The notes beneath the pieces were generated by a model. It was not told the origin of the DNA and did no database searches. It worked only from the letters and a program-made list of their open reading frames with translations. A stretch of 55,609 nt of DNA from Gemmatimonadales bacterium (GTDB lineage Bacteria; Gemmatimonadota; Gemmatimonadetes; Gemmatimonadales; GWC2-71-9), in NCBI GenBank assembly GCA_031402135.1, contig JANNSC010000095.1:1-55609 (forward strand). Reading direction: 5' to 3'. Every line of letters starts with the position of its first letter. Position 1 is the stretch's first letter. The translations under genes and the position numbers were made by a program. Below, in pieces: positions 1 to 8,707 of the stretch.

Positions 1-288
1 AAGGATATCGAGGCCGCTTGCAGTCAGTTCGTAGCCCCCGGGTGAGCGGGCGTCCTCACGGACCTGGCCGGTAACCGCCACCGAAGTTTCGTGGGTCAGA
101 GTGCCGAAGGCCTCCCAGACCGCCTCAGGGACCTCCTTCCTGGGGAGCACCGCCTGGAGGTATCCGGTACCGTCGCGCGCCACCAAAAAGGCGATCTTCC
201 CGCTGGATCGGGTCGTGACGACCCAGCCCCGCACGGTCACGGTTCCGCCGATGTGGTTTCGGAGCTGATGGATGTATGTGTATGCCAT
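1..288 (-). CDS. asnS: asparagine--tRNA ligase, N-terminal fragment (rest of gene lies left of the window)
   Basis: Not in the ORF track because it runs off the edge. The reverse complement from ATG (286..288) reads MAYTYIHQLRNHIGGTVTVRGWVVTTRSSGKIAFLVARDGTGYLQAVLPRKEVPEAVWEAFGTLTHETSVAVTGQVREDARSPGGYELTASGLDIL. This is the OB-fold anticodon-binding N-domain of class IIb AsnRS/AspRS and resembles Thermus-type AsnRS. Confidence 0.65.
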   Translation of the reverse strand, partial: MAYTYIHQLRNHIGGTVTVRGWVVTTRSSGKIAFLVARDGTGYLQAVLPRKEVPEAVWEAFGTLTHETSVAVTGQVREDARSPGGYELTASGLDIL

Positions 289-369
289 AGATGGCGCATT
301 GTAGCCCCGGAGAGCGGGGCGGTCAACGCAGAGTGACCAGGAATCTTACGGTGTCACCTTTTTCAGATC

Positions 370-398
370 TTGCCAGCCGGAGCGCAGGCGTCAATACT
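370..398 (+). promoter_or_regulatory. putative sigma70-type promoter for the small ORF at 437
   Basis: TTGCCA (370..375), a 17-nt spacer, then AATACT (393..398). It sits in the lower-GC divergent region between the asnS start and the small ORF. An AAGAGG Shine-Dalgarno lies at 424..429, 7 nt before ATG 437. Confidence 0.35.
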
Positions 399-436
399 GT
401 CTACCCGCAGGTACGGACAATCCAAGAGGTAATTTC

Positions 437-682
437 ATGTCCGAAATGCAAGCCCGCTTGAAGCCCGATTTCAGTCTGAGGTACCCCCGCTTGAGCCCCG
501 GGGTCTGGTACGATGTCTCTCCCATTTTTCCCGGTGTGACGGTGAGGCGAGTGGATATTTTCGGTCGCCGGATTTCCCGGCTCAAGACCGCCCGGGATTT
601 CGAGACGGTGCAGTCGCTCCATTTCGAGTTTAGGCCCCACATGGTGGAGCAAGCGGAAACGGAGGTGCTCGCGACGGCCTGA
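437..682 (+). CDS. hypothetical small protein (81 aa), no recognisable family
   Basis: ATG preceded by AAGAGG at correct spacing and by a -35/-10-like pair. It is the only plus-strand ORF that fills the asnS/DUF1295 gap. I recognise no motif. Confidence 0.45.
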   Translation: MSEMQARLKPDFSLRYPRLSPGVWYDVSPIFPGVTVRRVDIFGRRISRLKTARDFETVQSLHFEFRPHMVEQAETEVLATA

Positions 683-693
683 GGAACCTCAGG
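678..693. terminator. short palindrome CCTGAGG-AA-CCTCAGG spanning two convergent stop codons (weak bidirectional hairpin)
   Basis: A 7-nt perfect inverted repeat encloses TGA (680..682, plus-strand ORF) and tca (689..691, minus-strand DUF1295 gene). The loop is very tight and there is no T-tract, so terminator function is doubtful. Confidence 0.2.
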
Positions 694-1480
694 AAGCCCG
701 GGGCCAGCGCGGAACAAAGGCGCTGGTCCGCCGGATGTAGTCTCGATACTGCGGTTTGGTTTCCTGCAGAGTCTTCTCCAGCAACGCCACCCCCGATACT
801 TTCATCAGCAATACAGTCATCAGGGCAGGACCGAACGCGGTCCACCAACCGCCCACCGCCGCGGCAAGGCAGAAATACCCCCACCAGACCACGGCATCAC
901 CGAAGTAGTTGGGATGCCGAGTATAGCGCCAGAGTCCGCGGTCCATCACCTGTCCCCGATTAGAAGGATTCGCTTTGAAGCGGGCGAGCTGCCAATCCCC
1001 CACCGTCTCGAACAGAAATCCCGTCAGCCAGCAGGCCATCCCAACCCCGACCCACACGGAATTGGGGGTGGCTATCCGGGAACTGACCGCCACCAGGAGC
1101 GGGGCCGAGATGATCCAGGCAAGGATGCCCTGAAGCACAAAGACCGAAAAGAGGCTCTTCCACCAGAAAGTTCCGCCCTGGGCAGCCCGCATGGCGCGGT
1201 AGCGATAGTCCTCCCCCTGGCCCCAGTTCCGCCAGGTCAGGTACAGGGATAGCCGGAGGCCCCAGATGGTCACCAGGATCACTACCAGGCGGGCAAGCCA
1301 GGGGGCTCCGCGAAAGCCCCCGGCCGGCTGCAGGTAGAGCCACGCCAGTAGCACGAACCCCATGCCCCAGAGCCGGTCCACCAAACTGGCATCTCGAAGG
1401 AGGACGCTGCCGAGCCAGAGGACCAGCATCATTGTGAGGATGCCGCCGAGCCCAAGAACCCCACTGCCGATGTCGACCAT
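689..1480 (-). CDS. DUF1295 / steroid 5-alpha-reductase-like (ICMT-like) integral membrane protein
   Basis: 263 aa, multi-pass hydrophobic. The C-terminal RYTRHPNYFGD...WWG motif is characteristic of the DUF1295/ICMT superfamily. Confidence 0.8.
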   Translation of the reverse strand: MVDIGSGVLGLGGILTMMLVLWLGSVLLRDASLVDRLWGMGFVLLAWLYLQPAGGFRGAPWLARLVVILVTIWGLRLSLYLTWRNWGQGEDYRYRAMRAAQGGTFWWKSLFSVFVLQGILAWIISAPLLVAVSSRIATPNSVWVGVGMACWLTGFLFETVGDWQLARFKANPSNRGQVMDRGLWRYTRHPNYFGDAVVWWGYFCLAAAVGGWWTAFGPALMTVLLMKVSGVALLEKTLQETKPQYRDYIRRTSAFVPRWPRAS

Positions 1481-1510
1481 GCAGCCGCTTTCCGAAAGGG
1501 GTGTTCCGGC

Positions 1511-3580
1511 TTACCCAACCCGGAAGAGTACCTCGGCCTTGGGGTACCGCAGCAACGCCCGAGCTTTGAGCGGGGCATGCCGGGCGCGCTCCAGCCCAGG
1601 GTCGATTGCAAACACCTCCTGGGACATCTCCCGAGCCACCGTCAGGAGGTCGGTATCGTCGGGGAACCGTGCCACCCGAATATCTGCCATTCCCGATTGC
1701 CGCTGGCCCAGCAGGTCTCCCTGGCTGCGCTCGGCCAGATCCAGCTCGGCGATTTTGAATCCATCGTTGGTCGCGGCAAATGCGCCAAGCCGGTCCGAGG
1801 ATTTATCGGCCAGCAGAATGCAGTTACTCTGGGCTGCGCCGCGCCCCACCCTGCCCCGCAGCTGATGCAATTGGGCCAGCCCGAATCTCTCGGGATGTTC
1901 AATGAGCATCACCGTCGCGTTGGGAACATCAATCCCGACTTCAATGACCGTCGTCGCCACCAGGACTTGAACCCGGTTGTGCCGGAACTCATCCATCACT
2001 CGCTCGCGTTCCTCGGCCTTGAGCTTGCCGTGCACCAGCCCGATCGAAAGATCGGGCCATCGTGCTTTGAGTTCCTCGGCCATCGTCGTGGCCGCCCGCA
2101 AGTCGGCCTTCTCGGTTTCCTCGATGACCGGCAGCACCAGGTATCCCTGACGCCCGACGCGACACTCCGACTCGAGAAAGGCGAGCACCCGATCACGTTG
2201 CTTTCCAGAGCGAACCGTGGTGCGAATTTCCCCTCGACCGGGAGGCTTTTCTCGAAGCACCGACACGTCGAGATCGCCGTAGCGGGTCAGCGCCAGCGAA
2301 CGGGGAATCGGCGTGGCGGTGAGCAGCAGCACATCGGGTGCCGCACCCTTGCCGATGAGTGCCGCGCGCTGTTCCACCCCGAACTTGTGCTGCTCATCGA
2401 TCACCACCAGCCCGAGCCGGCGAAAGGCGACCTGGTCCTGCATCAGCGCATGGGTCCCGATCACAATCCGGGCTGATCCGTCGCGGAGCCGCTCCCGCAC
2501 CGCGGCCTTTTCCGTCGCGGTAAACCGCCCCAGCAACAGGTCGGGTACCACGCCAAGCGGGGCCATTAGGCGGGTGAGCGTCGCCAAGTGCTGCTCGGCC
2601 AGCAATTCGGTCGGCGCCATCAGCGCCGCCTGGTAGTCGTTTTCCACCGCCAGCAACATGGCAAAGAGTGCCACGACGGTCTTTCCGGTTCCCACATCGC
2701 CCATGAGCAGCCGATGCATCCGGTCGGGCGCGGTCATGTCGGCGGTGATTTCCCTGAGCGCCTGGCGCTGATCGGCGGTCAGGCTCCAAGGCAGCGCCTC
2801 CTTGAGGGCGGTGGTGAGCTGCCGCTTGATCTCGAACTTGACCCCGATGCGCCCCCGCTTGGCGAGGTGCCGAGCTCGGCCGAGCATCAGTTGCAGGTCG
2901 AGCAATTCGTCGAGTGCCAACCGGCGGCGGCCCCGTTCCGCCTCGGCAATTGTGGTGGGACGGTGGACCGCGCGCAGCGCCTCAGGAAGCGTCGGGAGCT
3001 CAAAACGGCGGCGAAGATCCTCCGGCAGAAGTTCCTGACAGAGGCCGATCAGGGCATCGAGATGCCGCTCGATGAGGGAGCGGATGATTTTGTGGCTAAG
3101 GCCCGCGGTGGCGGGATACACCGGGAGGACTTTCCCTTCGCTCCAGGCGTTGCCACCCTCGTCATCGGCCTCGGCGAGCACCAGGAACTCGCGCGGGGCC
3201 ATCTGTCGCCCGTGATAAAATCGGATCGGCCCTGCCACCAGCAAGGTTTGCCCCTCTTCGATGGTCCGGTCCAGGAACGATTGCCCCGGCCAGGCGCATT
3301 CGAGCGACCCAGTGTCATCCCGGAGGACCGCATGGAATATCCGGAGACCCTTGCGGGTGGGGACGACGCCCTTGTTGACGACCTTGCCGACGCAGGCCAC
3401 GTCGTCGCCGACCTTGGCCCGGGCCATCGGGGTAACGGTGGACGCGTCGATATATCGGTGCGGAAGATGCCAAAGCAGATCCTGGGCGGTGCTGATGCCG
3501 AGTCGTTCGAGCGCTTCGGCGCGACGCTCGCCAATGCCCTTGAGAAACTTGGCCGGGGTCGAGAGGAGGAGGGGGGGCAT
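1511..3580 (-). CDS. recG: ATP-dependent DNA helicase RecG
   Basis: 689 aa. It has an N-terminal wedge/OB region, Walker A GDVGTGKT, DEQHKFG (DEQH box) and a helicase C-domain (QLHQLRGRVGRG). Confidence 0.95.
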   Translation of the reverse strand: MPPLLLSTPAKFLKGIGERRAEALERLGISTAQDLLWHLPHRYIDASTVTPMARAKVGDDVACVGKVVNKGVVPTRKGLRIFHAVLRDDTGSLECAWPGQSFLDRTIEEGQTLLVAGPIRFYHGRQMAPREFLVLAEADDEGGNAWSEGKVLPVYPATAGLSHKIIRSLIERHLDALIGLCQELLPEDLRRRFELPTLPEALRAVHRPTTIAEAERGRRRLALDELLDLQLMLGRARHLAKRGRIGVKFEIKRQLTTALKEALPWSLTADQRQALREITADMTAPDRMHRLLMGDVGTGKTVVALFAMLLAVENDYQAALMAPTELLAEQHLATLTRLMAPLGVVPDLLLGRFTATEKAAVRERLRDGSARIVIGTHALMQDQVAFRRLGLVVIDEQHKFGVEQRAALIGKGAAPDVLLLTATPIPRSLALTRYGDLDVSVLREKPPGRGEIRTTVRSGKQRDRVLAFLESECRVGRQGYLVLPVIEETEKADLRAATTMAEELKARWPDLSIGLVHGKLKAEERERVMDEFRHNRVQVLVATTVIEVGIDVPNATVMLIEHPERFGLAQLHQLRGRVGRGAAQSNCILLADKSSDRLGAFAATNDGFKIAELDLAERSQGDLLGQRQSGMADIRVARFPDDTDLLTVAREMSQEVFAIDPGLERARHAPLKARALLRYPKAEVLFRVG

Positions 3581-3598
3581 GGAGCGATCGACGCCGGG

Positions 3599-4525
3599 CT
3601 ACGGGGTGTCAGCCAGGAGTGCGTGGGCGAACCGGACCGGATCGAAGACCTCCAGATCGTCCGGGGTTTCCCCGGTTCCCAGGAAGCGAATAGGCATGGC
3701 CAGCTCCCGCCGTAGTGCCACCACCGCGCCGCCCTTGGCGGTGCCGTCGAGCTTGGTGACAATGATGCCGGTGGGAGTGACCGCTTTGGCAAAGAGCTTG
3801 CCCTGTTGGACCGCGTTTTGTCCGACGGTCCCATCCAGCACCAGCAGGGTTTCGTGGGGGGCTCCGGGCGCTTTCCGGGCGATGACCCGGGCCACCTTGG
3901 AGAGCTCTTCCATGAGGCCCTCCTGCGTGTGCAGCCGGCCGGCGGTATCGATGATGGCGACAGTGGCGCCACGGGCCTGGGCAGCCTCGATGGCATCGAA
4001 GGCGACTGCGGCGGGGTCACCCCCGGCGGTGCCTGACACGCAGGGCACCCCAAGCCGCGCGGCCCAGGTTTCCAGCTGGGCCACCGCACCGGCCCGCCAG
4101 GTGTCGGCGGCGCCGAGCAGCACCTGGTCACCCTGCTGCTGCAGCCGCCGGGCGAGCTTGGCGATCGAGGTGGTCTTGCCGACCCCGTTCACCCCGACGA
4201 TGAGCAGCACGGTAGGCCCGGATACCGCACGGGTCAGCTCCCCCGGGTTGCCGGGGCTGGACAGCAGCTCCGTCAAATGCGTGACCAGCGCACCGCGTAA
4301 ATCGGCCTCCGACTTGAGGCGGCCTCGGCGGACGCCTTCCGCCAGCATCTCGATCAGATCGGTGGTTGCCGCGATGCCGAAATCCGCCTCGAGCAGCAGG
4401 CGTTCCATTGCCTCGATGTCGGCGGCCTTGAAGCCCCGCACCAGGGCGCCGACGTCGGTCAACGCCACCCGCTTGAGTCGGGCCCAAAGCGAGAGCTTCT
4501 GGCTTTCGGTGATGCGATCAGTCAT
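3599..4525 (-). CDS. ftsY: signal recognition particle receptor FtsY (short form, NG domains only)
   Basis: Start chosen at MTDRITESQ (ATG 4523..4525). This forms an ATGA overlap with the upstream gene's stop. Motifs: GVNGVGKTT, DTAGR, TKLDGTAKGG. The longer 562-aa track ORF overlaps the upstream gene and is rejected. Confidence 0.93.
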   Translation of the reverse strand: MTDRITESQKLSLWARLKRVALTDVGALVRGFKAADIEAMERLLLEADFGIAATTDLIEMLAEGVRRGRLKSEADLRGALVTHLTELLSSPGNPGELTRAVSGPTVLLIVGVNGVGKTTSIAKLARRLQQQGDQVLLGAADTWRAGAVAQLETWAARLGVPCVSGTAGGDPAAVAFDAIEAAQARGATVAIIDTAGRLHTQEGLMEELSKVARVIARKAPGAPHETLLVLDGTVGQNAVQQGKLFAKAVTPTGIIVTKLDGTAKGGAVVALRRELAMPIRFLGTGETPDDLEVFDPVRFAHALLADTP

Positions 4526-6321
4526 CGTAGTCCTCGCCTCCGCCGAGCCAGCCATTCGCCCGCAAAGGCGACCACCGCAATTCCAAACAGCCAGAGCCAA
4601 CCCCGCACCGGCACCTGGGCGAGCTCGGCGGTGGTGGTACCCTGCCGCGATTCGAGGCTCCGCCGCGTGGGGAGCAATTCGTCGGAATATTCCTCCACGG
4701 CAATTGTCCCCTGCCCGCCACCGCTCAGGCGATAGCGCCACGATCCGGGTGGGACGGCCAGCTGGGAGCGCCCGGCGCCGTCGAAAATCAAGGTGTCTTG
4801 CCGAGTTCCAGCGGTACCGCTGAGCTCGATCGCCACCGGCGACGGCGCGCCCCCGCCGGACCACTCGAAAACCGCGGGGCGGCCCTGCTGGACCACCGGG
4901 CGGAGTAGCCGGGCCTTTCCCGCCACCGAATCGGCCCCGCCCAGGAGCCAGGAGAGGGTGGCCGATACTAACCCGCGATACCCCTGTTCGCTGCTGCCAC
5001 CCCGAAAGGTCCAGCGCCAGAGTCCCTCGACACCCATCGTTACGCGGCGGACCCCAGCGGAATCCCGCCCGATCAGCACCGGCCGCACCGCCCCGCGGCG
5101 GCCCGCCTGGGCGGTGAGTCCGATCCAGTCTTGGGGACCGGGAATCAGCTCGGAAATCGATGTGCCCGGGGGAAACGAATCCACCGCAAGGCCCGCGAAG
5201 GCGGCGCTCAGGGGAGTCGGCGAAGGGACGCTGAGATACCAATCGGCGCCGGCCCCGGGCTGAGGGGGCAACGCCGGCCACGACCAAACGGCCCGGGCCC
5301 GCGGGCGCCGGGCCAGCTCTCCTGGTGCCCCCAGGGTAATCAGAAGATCGGCGCGCCGGGCGGCGTCACCGAGCTCGACGGCACTCACCGGGATGAGGCT
5401 GCCGGCTCGGCGCCAGCGGCCCCGCTCGAGCTCGAGGTAGCCCCGCACCGGGAGCGCCGCCACCTCGTTCAACGCCTGGAGCAGGAAACGACTCTCCCAC
5501 GTCGGGGGAGAGGCGAGCAGCACGATGCCGGGGGTGGGGACGACGGTCACCACCTGCAGCCGTGCGTCGGTTCGCGGCTCGGCGTCACGCGCCCCGATGA
5601 TTGCTACCGAGAGCACGTGCACCCCGGGCGATACCGAGGGGAGAACACCCTTGAGCACCACTCTCCCGCGACCACCGGAGTCCATCGGAAGGACGCCCCG
5701 GAGCCAGACCCGATCCCCCTCCCGAACCTCGATGCGGAGGGGGTTGCCAGCAGCGCCCCCGCGCGTCAATGCCTCGATGTCGAATCGAAGCGAATCCGAA
5801 ACGGTGAGGCGGGTGGTCCCCTCCACCCGGGTCAAGGCGACGTCGGGCACCGCAGCGCGTTCCAGCACCTTCACGCTGATGTTGCCCAGGCGATCAACCG
5901 GCAGGGCATCGGCATCGTCGATTTCGCCGTCGGTGATGACCACGATCGGGCGGGAGCTGCCGAGTGCACCGATTATGGCGGCAGCGAGGAGGGAACGACC
6001 GCCGGTTGGAGTGGTGTCCCCGGCTGGAACCCCAACGAAGCGTACCTCTCCCGAACTCCGCGCGAGTGCCAGCGCCTCGGTCCACCTCCCGCCCGCCGCC
6101 TGCATGCTCAATGAGGCATCGAGCAGTACGATCGGGCGGCTGAATTCCGGTACCACCGGGCAGCCGGCGTTCGTGAGGAGCAGTGCGATGCTACCCCAGC
6201 CGACCGCGCGACAGGCCGCCGGCAGCCAATTCCTGGGGGTCCATTCTTCCAGCACTCGGTAGGAAAGTATGGCCCCTATGGCGGCGAGGAAGACCAGGGC
6301 GGCAGTCATTGAGGGAAGCAT
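4522..6321 (-). CDS. membrane-anchored vWA-like (BatA-like) protein with N- and C-terminal TM helices
   Basis: N-terminal TM MLPSMTAALVFLAAIGAIL and MIDAS-like LLDASLSM (DxSxS), followed by ITDGEIDD. There is a C-terminal TM plus an RRRR anchor. Start is uncertain (6321 or 6309; the track ORF extends to 6453). Confidence 0.6.
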   Translation of the reverse strand: MLPSMTAALVFLAAIGAILSYRVLEEWTPRNWLPAACRAVGWGSIALLLTNAGCPVVPEFSRPIVLLDASLSMQAAGGRWTEALALARSSGEVRFVGVPAGDTTPTGGRSLLAAAIIGALGSSRPIVVITDGEIDDADALPVDRLGNISVKVLERAAVPDVALTRVEGTTRLTVSDSLRFDIEALTRGGAAGNPLRIEVREGDRVWLRGVLPMDSGGRGRVVLKGVLPSVSPGVHVLSVAIIGARDAEPRTDARLQVVTVVPTPGIVLLASPPTWESRFLLQALNEVAALPVRGYLELERGRWRRAGSLIPVSAVELGDAARRADLLITLGAPGELARRPRARAVWSWPALPPQPGAGADWYLSVPSPTPLSAAFAGLAVDSFPPGTSISELIPGPQDWIGLTAQAGRRGAVRPVLIGRDSAGVRRVTMGVEGLWRWTFRGGSSEQGYRGLVSATLSWLLGGADSVAGKARLLRPVVQQGRPAVFEWSGGGAPSPVAIELSGTAGTRQDTLIFDGAGRSQLAVPPGSWRYRLSGGGQGTIAVEEYSDELLPTRRSLESRQGTTTAELAQVPVRGWLWLFGIAVVAFAGEWLARRRRGLR

Positions 6322-6447
6322 AAGGGGTAGCCATTGCCTGCTGGCTTTCGGTGGCTGGCCCTCAGTGATAAACTGATGGGATGGCTTGCATTCGGCACAG
6401 TTTCTGGGCCGGGTCAGGGACCTTCGAATCCGCGACGCGTACCGATT

Positions 6448-6463
6448 TGGCACACAATTGGCA
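6448..6463 (+). promoter_or_regulatory. candidate sigma54 (RpoN) -24/-12 promoter upstream of the ATP-grasp pair
   Basis: TGGCACacaatTGGCAt has GG (6449..6450) and GC (6461..6462) at the canonical GG-N10-GC spacing, matching TGGCAC-N5-TTGCA at all but one position. It lies about 42 nt upstream of ATG 6505. Confidence 0.35.
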
Positions 6464-6504
6464 TGGGCTCCCTTCGTCGAGGCTCAACCTATCCTGGATG
6501 CCCA

Positions 6505-7491
6505 ATGAAGATTCTCTGCATCACCGATCCCCTGACCCACCCGCCAATCGACACGACTGTCGAAATGTACAATCGTCTCGCCGAGGACCCTCGATTCGAG
6601 CTCTTCCATCTCGAGGCAGGGCGCGTCGGTGACGGCTTGGGTATTCCAGTCACCCTGGTTCCGCGAGCACTGGCCTTCGAGGAGTTTCTGGGGCTGGCGC
6701 AATGGCCGGTGCACCGAGCCGAATTCGCGGACTTCGAAATCGCCTTCTCACGGACCGACCGGCCGTATCCACCTGGTTTTCTCGATGCCCTGGTCCGCCA
6801 CGAACACGAAACGAAATTCGTCGCCCGACCCTCAAGCATGCGGGATCATGGCACTCGGGTTTTCTGCCGCTCGGTGGCCGGGCACTTCATGCCGCCGGGC
6901 ATCCTGACGCGCAGCATCGAGGAAGCCGCGGCCTTCATCCGTGACCACGGCAAGGTGGTGGCCAAGCAGAACCGCAGTTACGGTGGAAAGTGGGTGTACA
7001 AGCTCTGGCGGGAGGGAACCCGGTGGTTTATTGACGGCGGCGGGAAGACGCAGCAGGAGCATGGCTCAATCGAGGGGATCCTCGAGCCGCTCTTTGCGTC
7101 CAACCCCGACCCATTCGAGTTCGTGCGATACCTTGAGCGTGTTACGATCGGTGACAAGCGGGTGCTGATGGTCGACGGCGACATCTACGGCTGCATGCTG
7201 CGGGTGGCCACCGATGGCGGCTGGATCAACAACCTATCTTCCGGTGGCGTTGCACGGCCCGCGACGGTAACCCCGCGGGAAGAGGAAATCATCATGGCCA
7301 CCTGTCAGCAGTATCATGAGCGCGGGCTGTACGCGCTCGGCTATGACTTCCTGATGGACGACTCGGGAGAGTGGATCTTGAGTGAGATCAACTCCGGGAA
7401 CACCGGTGGGTACGGCGGCATCGAGGAAACCAGCGGACGGCAGGTCTTTCGCCGGTTCCTCGATTGGCTTGCGGTATTTCCGACGCGATGA
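6505..7491 (+). CDS. glutathione-synthetase-like (GshB family) ATP-grasp ligase
   Basis: Starts MKILCITDP like the GshB N-domain. The C-terminal ATP-grasp reads GDKRVLMVDGDIYGCMLRVATDGGWINNLSSGGVARPATVTPREEEII...LSEINSGNTGG, which parallels E. coli GshB GDKRVLVVDGEPV...GNLAAGGRGE...LTEINVTSPT. Confidence 0.7.
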   Translation: MKILCITDPLTHPPIDTTVEMYNRLAEDPRFELFHLEAGRVGDGLGIPVTLVPRALAFEEFLGLAQWPVHRAEFADFEIAFSRTDRPYPPGFLDALVRHEHETKFVARPSSMRDHGTRVFCRSVAGHFMPPGILTRSIEEAAAFIRDHGKVVAKQNRSYGGKWVYKLWREGTRWFIDGGGKTQQEHGSIEGILEPLFASNPDPFEFVRYLERVTIGDKRVLMVDGDIYGCMLRVATDGGWINNLSSGGVARPATVTPREEEIIMATCQQYHERGLYALGYDFLMDDSGEWILSEINSGNTGGYGGIEETSGRQVFRRFLDWLAVFPTR

Positions 7492-8684
7492 CGCCCCTTC
7501 CACTCGCGGCGCATCCCACCCTGGCGGACGTCCTCGGGCCCGGTGTGGCTTACGTCCCTCGTCGTTCCCCAAATCTCGGCGGCTGGTCACCGCAGGGCCC
7601 CGGCCAGGTGGATTTTCGGGCCGGCCTCCAGCTCGGCGTGGGCGGGGGGGTGCCGTACGTCGTGTGTGCGGCGACGGTGACTCCCGAGGCCCGGGAGGTC
7701 TACGCCGAGGCGGGCGTGCCCATAGATGCCACGCTCCACGTATATCGCTCCACCAAGGAGTACCTCGAGCTACTGTCACGGCTGATCAGGCAGGGGCTTC
7801 GCCTGGCAAATCAGCGGGTGCATCCCGATGAGGAGGTCCCGGCTGAGGCGGCGTTCGTGGCAGCCTCGCTGCAGCGGCGGCTCAATAACAAGGGGCATAT
7901 GGAGGAGTTCGTGCCTCCGGAGTGGCGGCCGGAGCGTCGTACCGTCGCGGTGGCGGAGCTCCCCGCCGGTCGATCGCTGGTGTCCCCGGGCCGCCCGGTC
8001 GTACTGAAAGTTGCAACGGCGTTGCCGAACGGGGGCGGGCACGGGGTGTGGATCTGCCGCACCGCCGAGGACGTCGAGCGCGCCCGCACCGCCCTGGTTG
8101 ATGAGAACCGCGTGGTGGTGGAGGAGTTCCTGCAAATCGTCCGAACTGTCTGCGTCCATGCCGTGGTGTTCCCCAACGGATCCTCGACCGTTCTCGGAGT
8201 GGCGGAGGAGGTGTGCCAGGACGGTCGGTGGTTGGGGAACTGGCACGACGCGTCGGGCGACAAGGTGCCGCCGGAGGTGCTCGACGTGGTGGCCGAGATT
8301 GTCGCCGCCGCTGCCGCACTGGGCTATCGCGGCATCGTGGGCATCGACGTGGCGCTCCGCGAAGATGGTCCACCGAGGGTGCTGGATCTCAATTTTCGGG
8401 TTAATGGGTCCACGTCGGTTACCTGGCTCCGTTCGGGCATCGAGCGGGCCCGCGGCATCTCCACGTTTCGGGGCAAGAACTGGACGGGGCGGCAAGGATT
8501 TGCGGCCATGCTCCGGGTCGTCCGGGCTGCGGTGTCTCGCGGAACACTGATTCCGCTGTCAATCTACGACCCAGAGGCGTGTGAGATGGGGGGGGATGCC
8601 CGGGTGGGTGGCGTCTTGCTCGGCGGGTCCCGAGCCGAGGTCGAGGAAGAGGACCGGCGCCTGGCAATGGAAGGGCTCGACTGA
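7488..8684 (+). CDS. second ATP-grasp domain ligase (unknown substrate)
   Basis: ATGA start/stop overlap with the preceding gene (7488..7491). Motifs: VVLKVATALPNGGGHGVWICRTAEDVE...VVVEEFL and GIVGIDVALREDGPPRVLDLNFRVNGST, the typical ATP-grasp core. Confidence 0.7.
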   Translation: MTPLPLAAHPTLADVLGPGVAYVPRRSPNLGGWSPQGPGQVDFRAGLQLGVGGGVPYVVCAATVTPEAREVYAEAGVPIDATLHVYRSTKEYLELLSRLIRQGLRLANQRVHPDEEVPAEAAFVAASLQRRLNNKGHMEEFVPPEWRPERRTVAVAELPAGRSLVSPGRPVVLKVATALPNGGGHGVWICRTAEDVERARTALVDENRVVVEEFLQIVRTVCVHAVVFPNGSSTVLGVAEEVCQDGRWLGNWHDASGDKVPPEVLDVVAEIVAAAAALGYRGIVGIDVALREDGPPRVLDLNFRVNGSTSVTWLRSGIERARGISTFRGKNWTGRQGFAAMLRVVRAAVSRGTLIPLSIYDPEACEMGGDARVGGVLLGGSRAEVEEEDRRLAMEGLD

Positions 8685-8707
8685 ACCGCTCGGCAAACAG
8701 CCGATGA

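Noticed and set aside
91-336. 81-aa plus-strand ORF at the left edge
   Set aside because: It is antisense to the clearly recognisable asnS N-terminal coding sequence (1..288, minus strand).
3599-5287. N-terminally extended track ORFs for ftsY (562 aa). Also mglA (34216..35154), cheD (29362..30048), cheW (42835..43422), ftsL (23987..24676), the TPR-Roadblock gene (35625..36581), cheR (29850..30743) and the M23 peptidase (8708..10243).
   Set aside because: The extensions overlap the well-supported upstream gene and are low-complexity. Conserved family N-termini and ATGA/GTGA/TGATG junctions indicate the shorter starts.
6463-6504. Earlier ATG (6463, MGSLRRG...) or 6334 as the start of the first ATP-grasp gene
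   Set aside because: GshB-family proteins begin directly with the MKI-x-x-x-x-DP strand found at 6505. The upstream residues are low-complexity and would overlap the candidate promoter.
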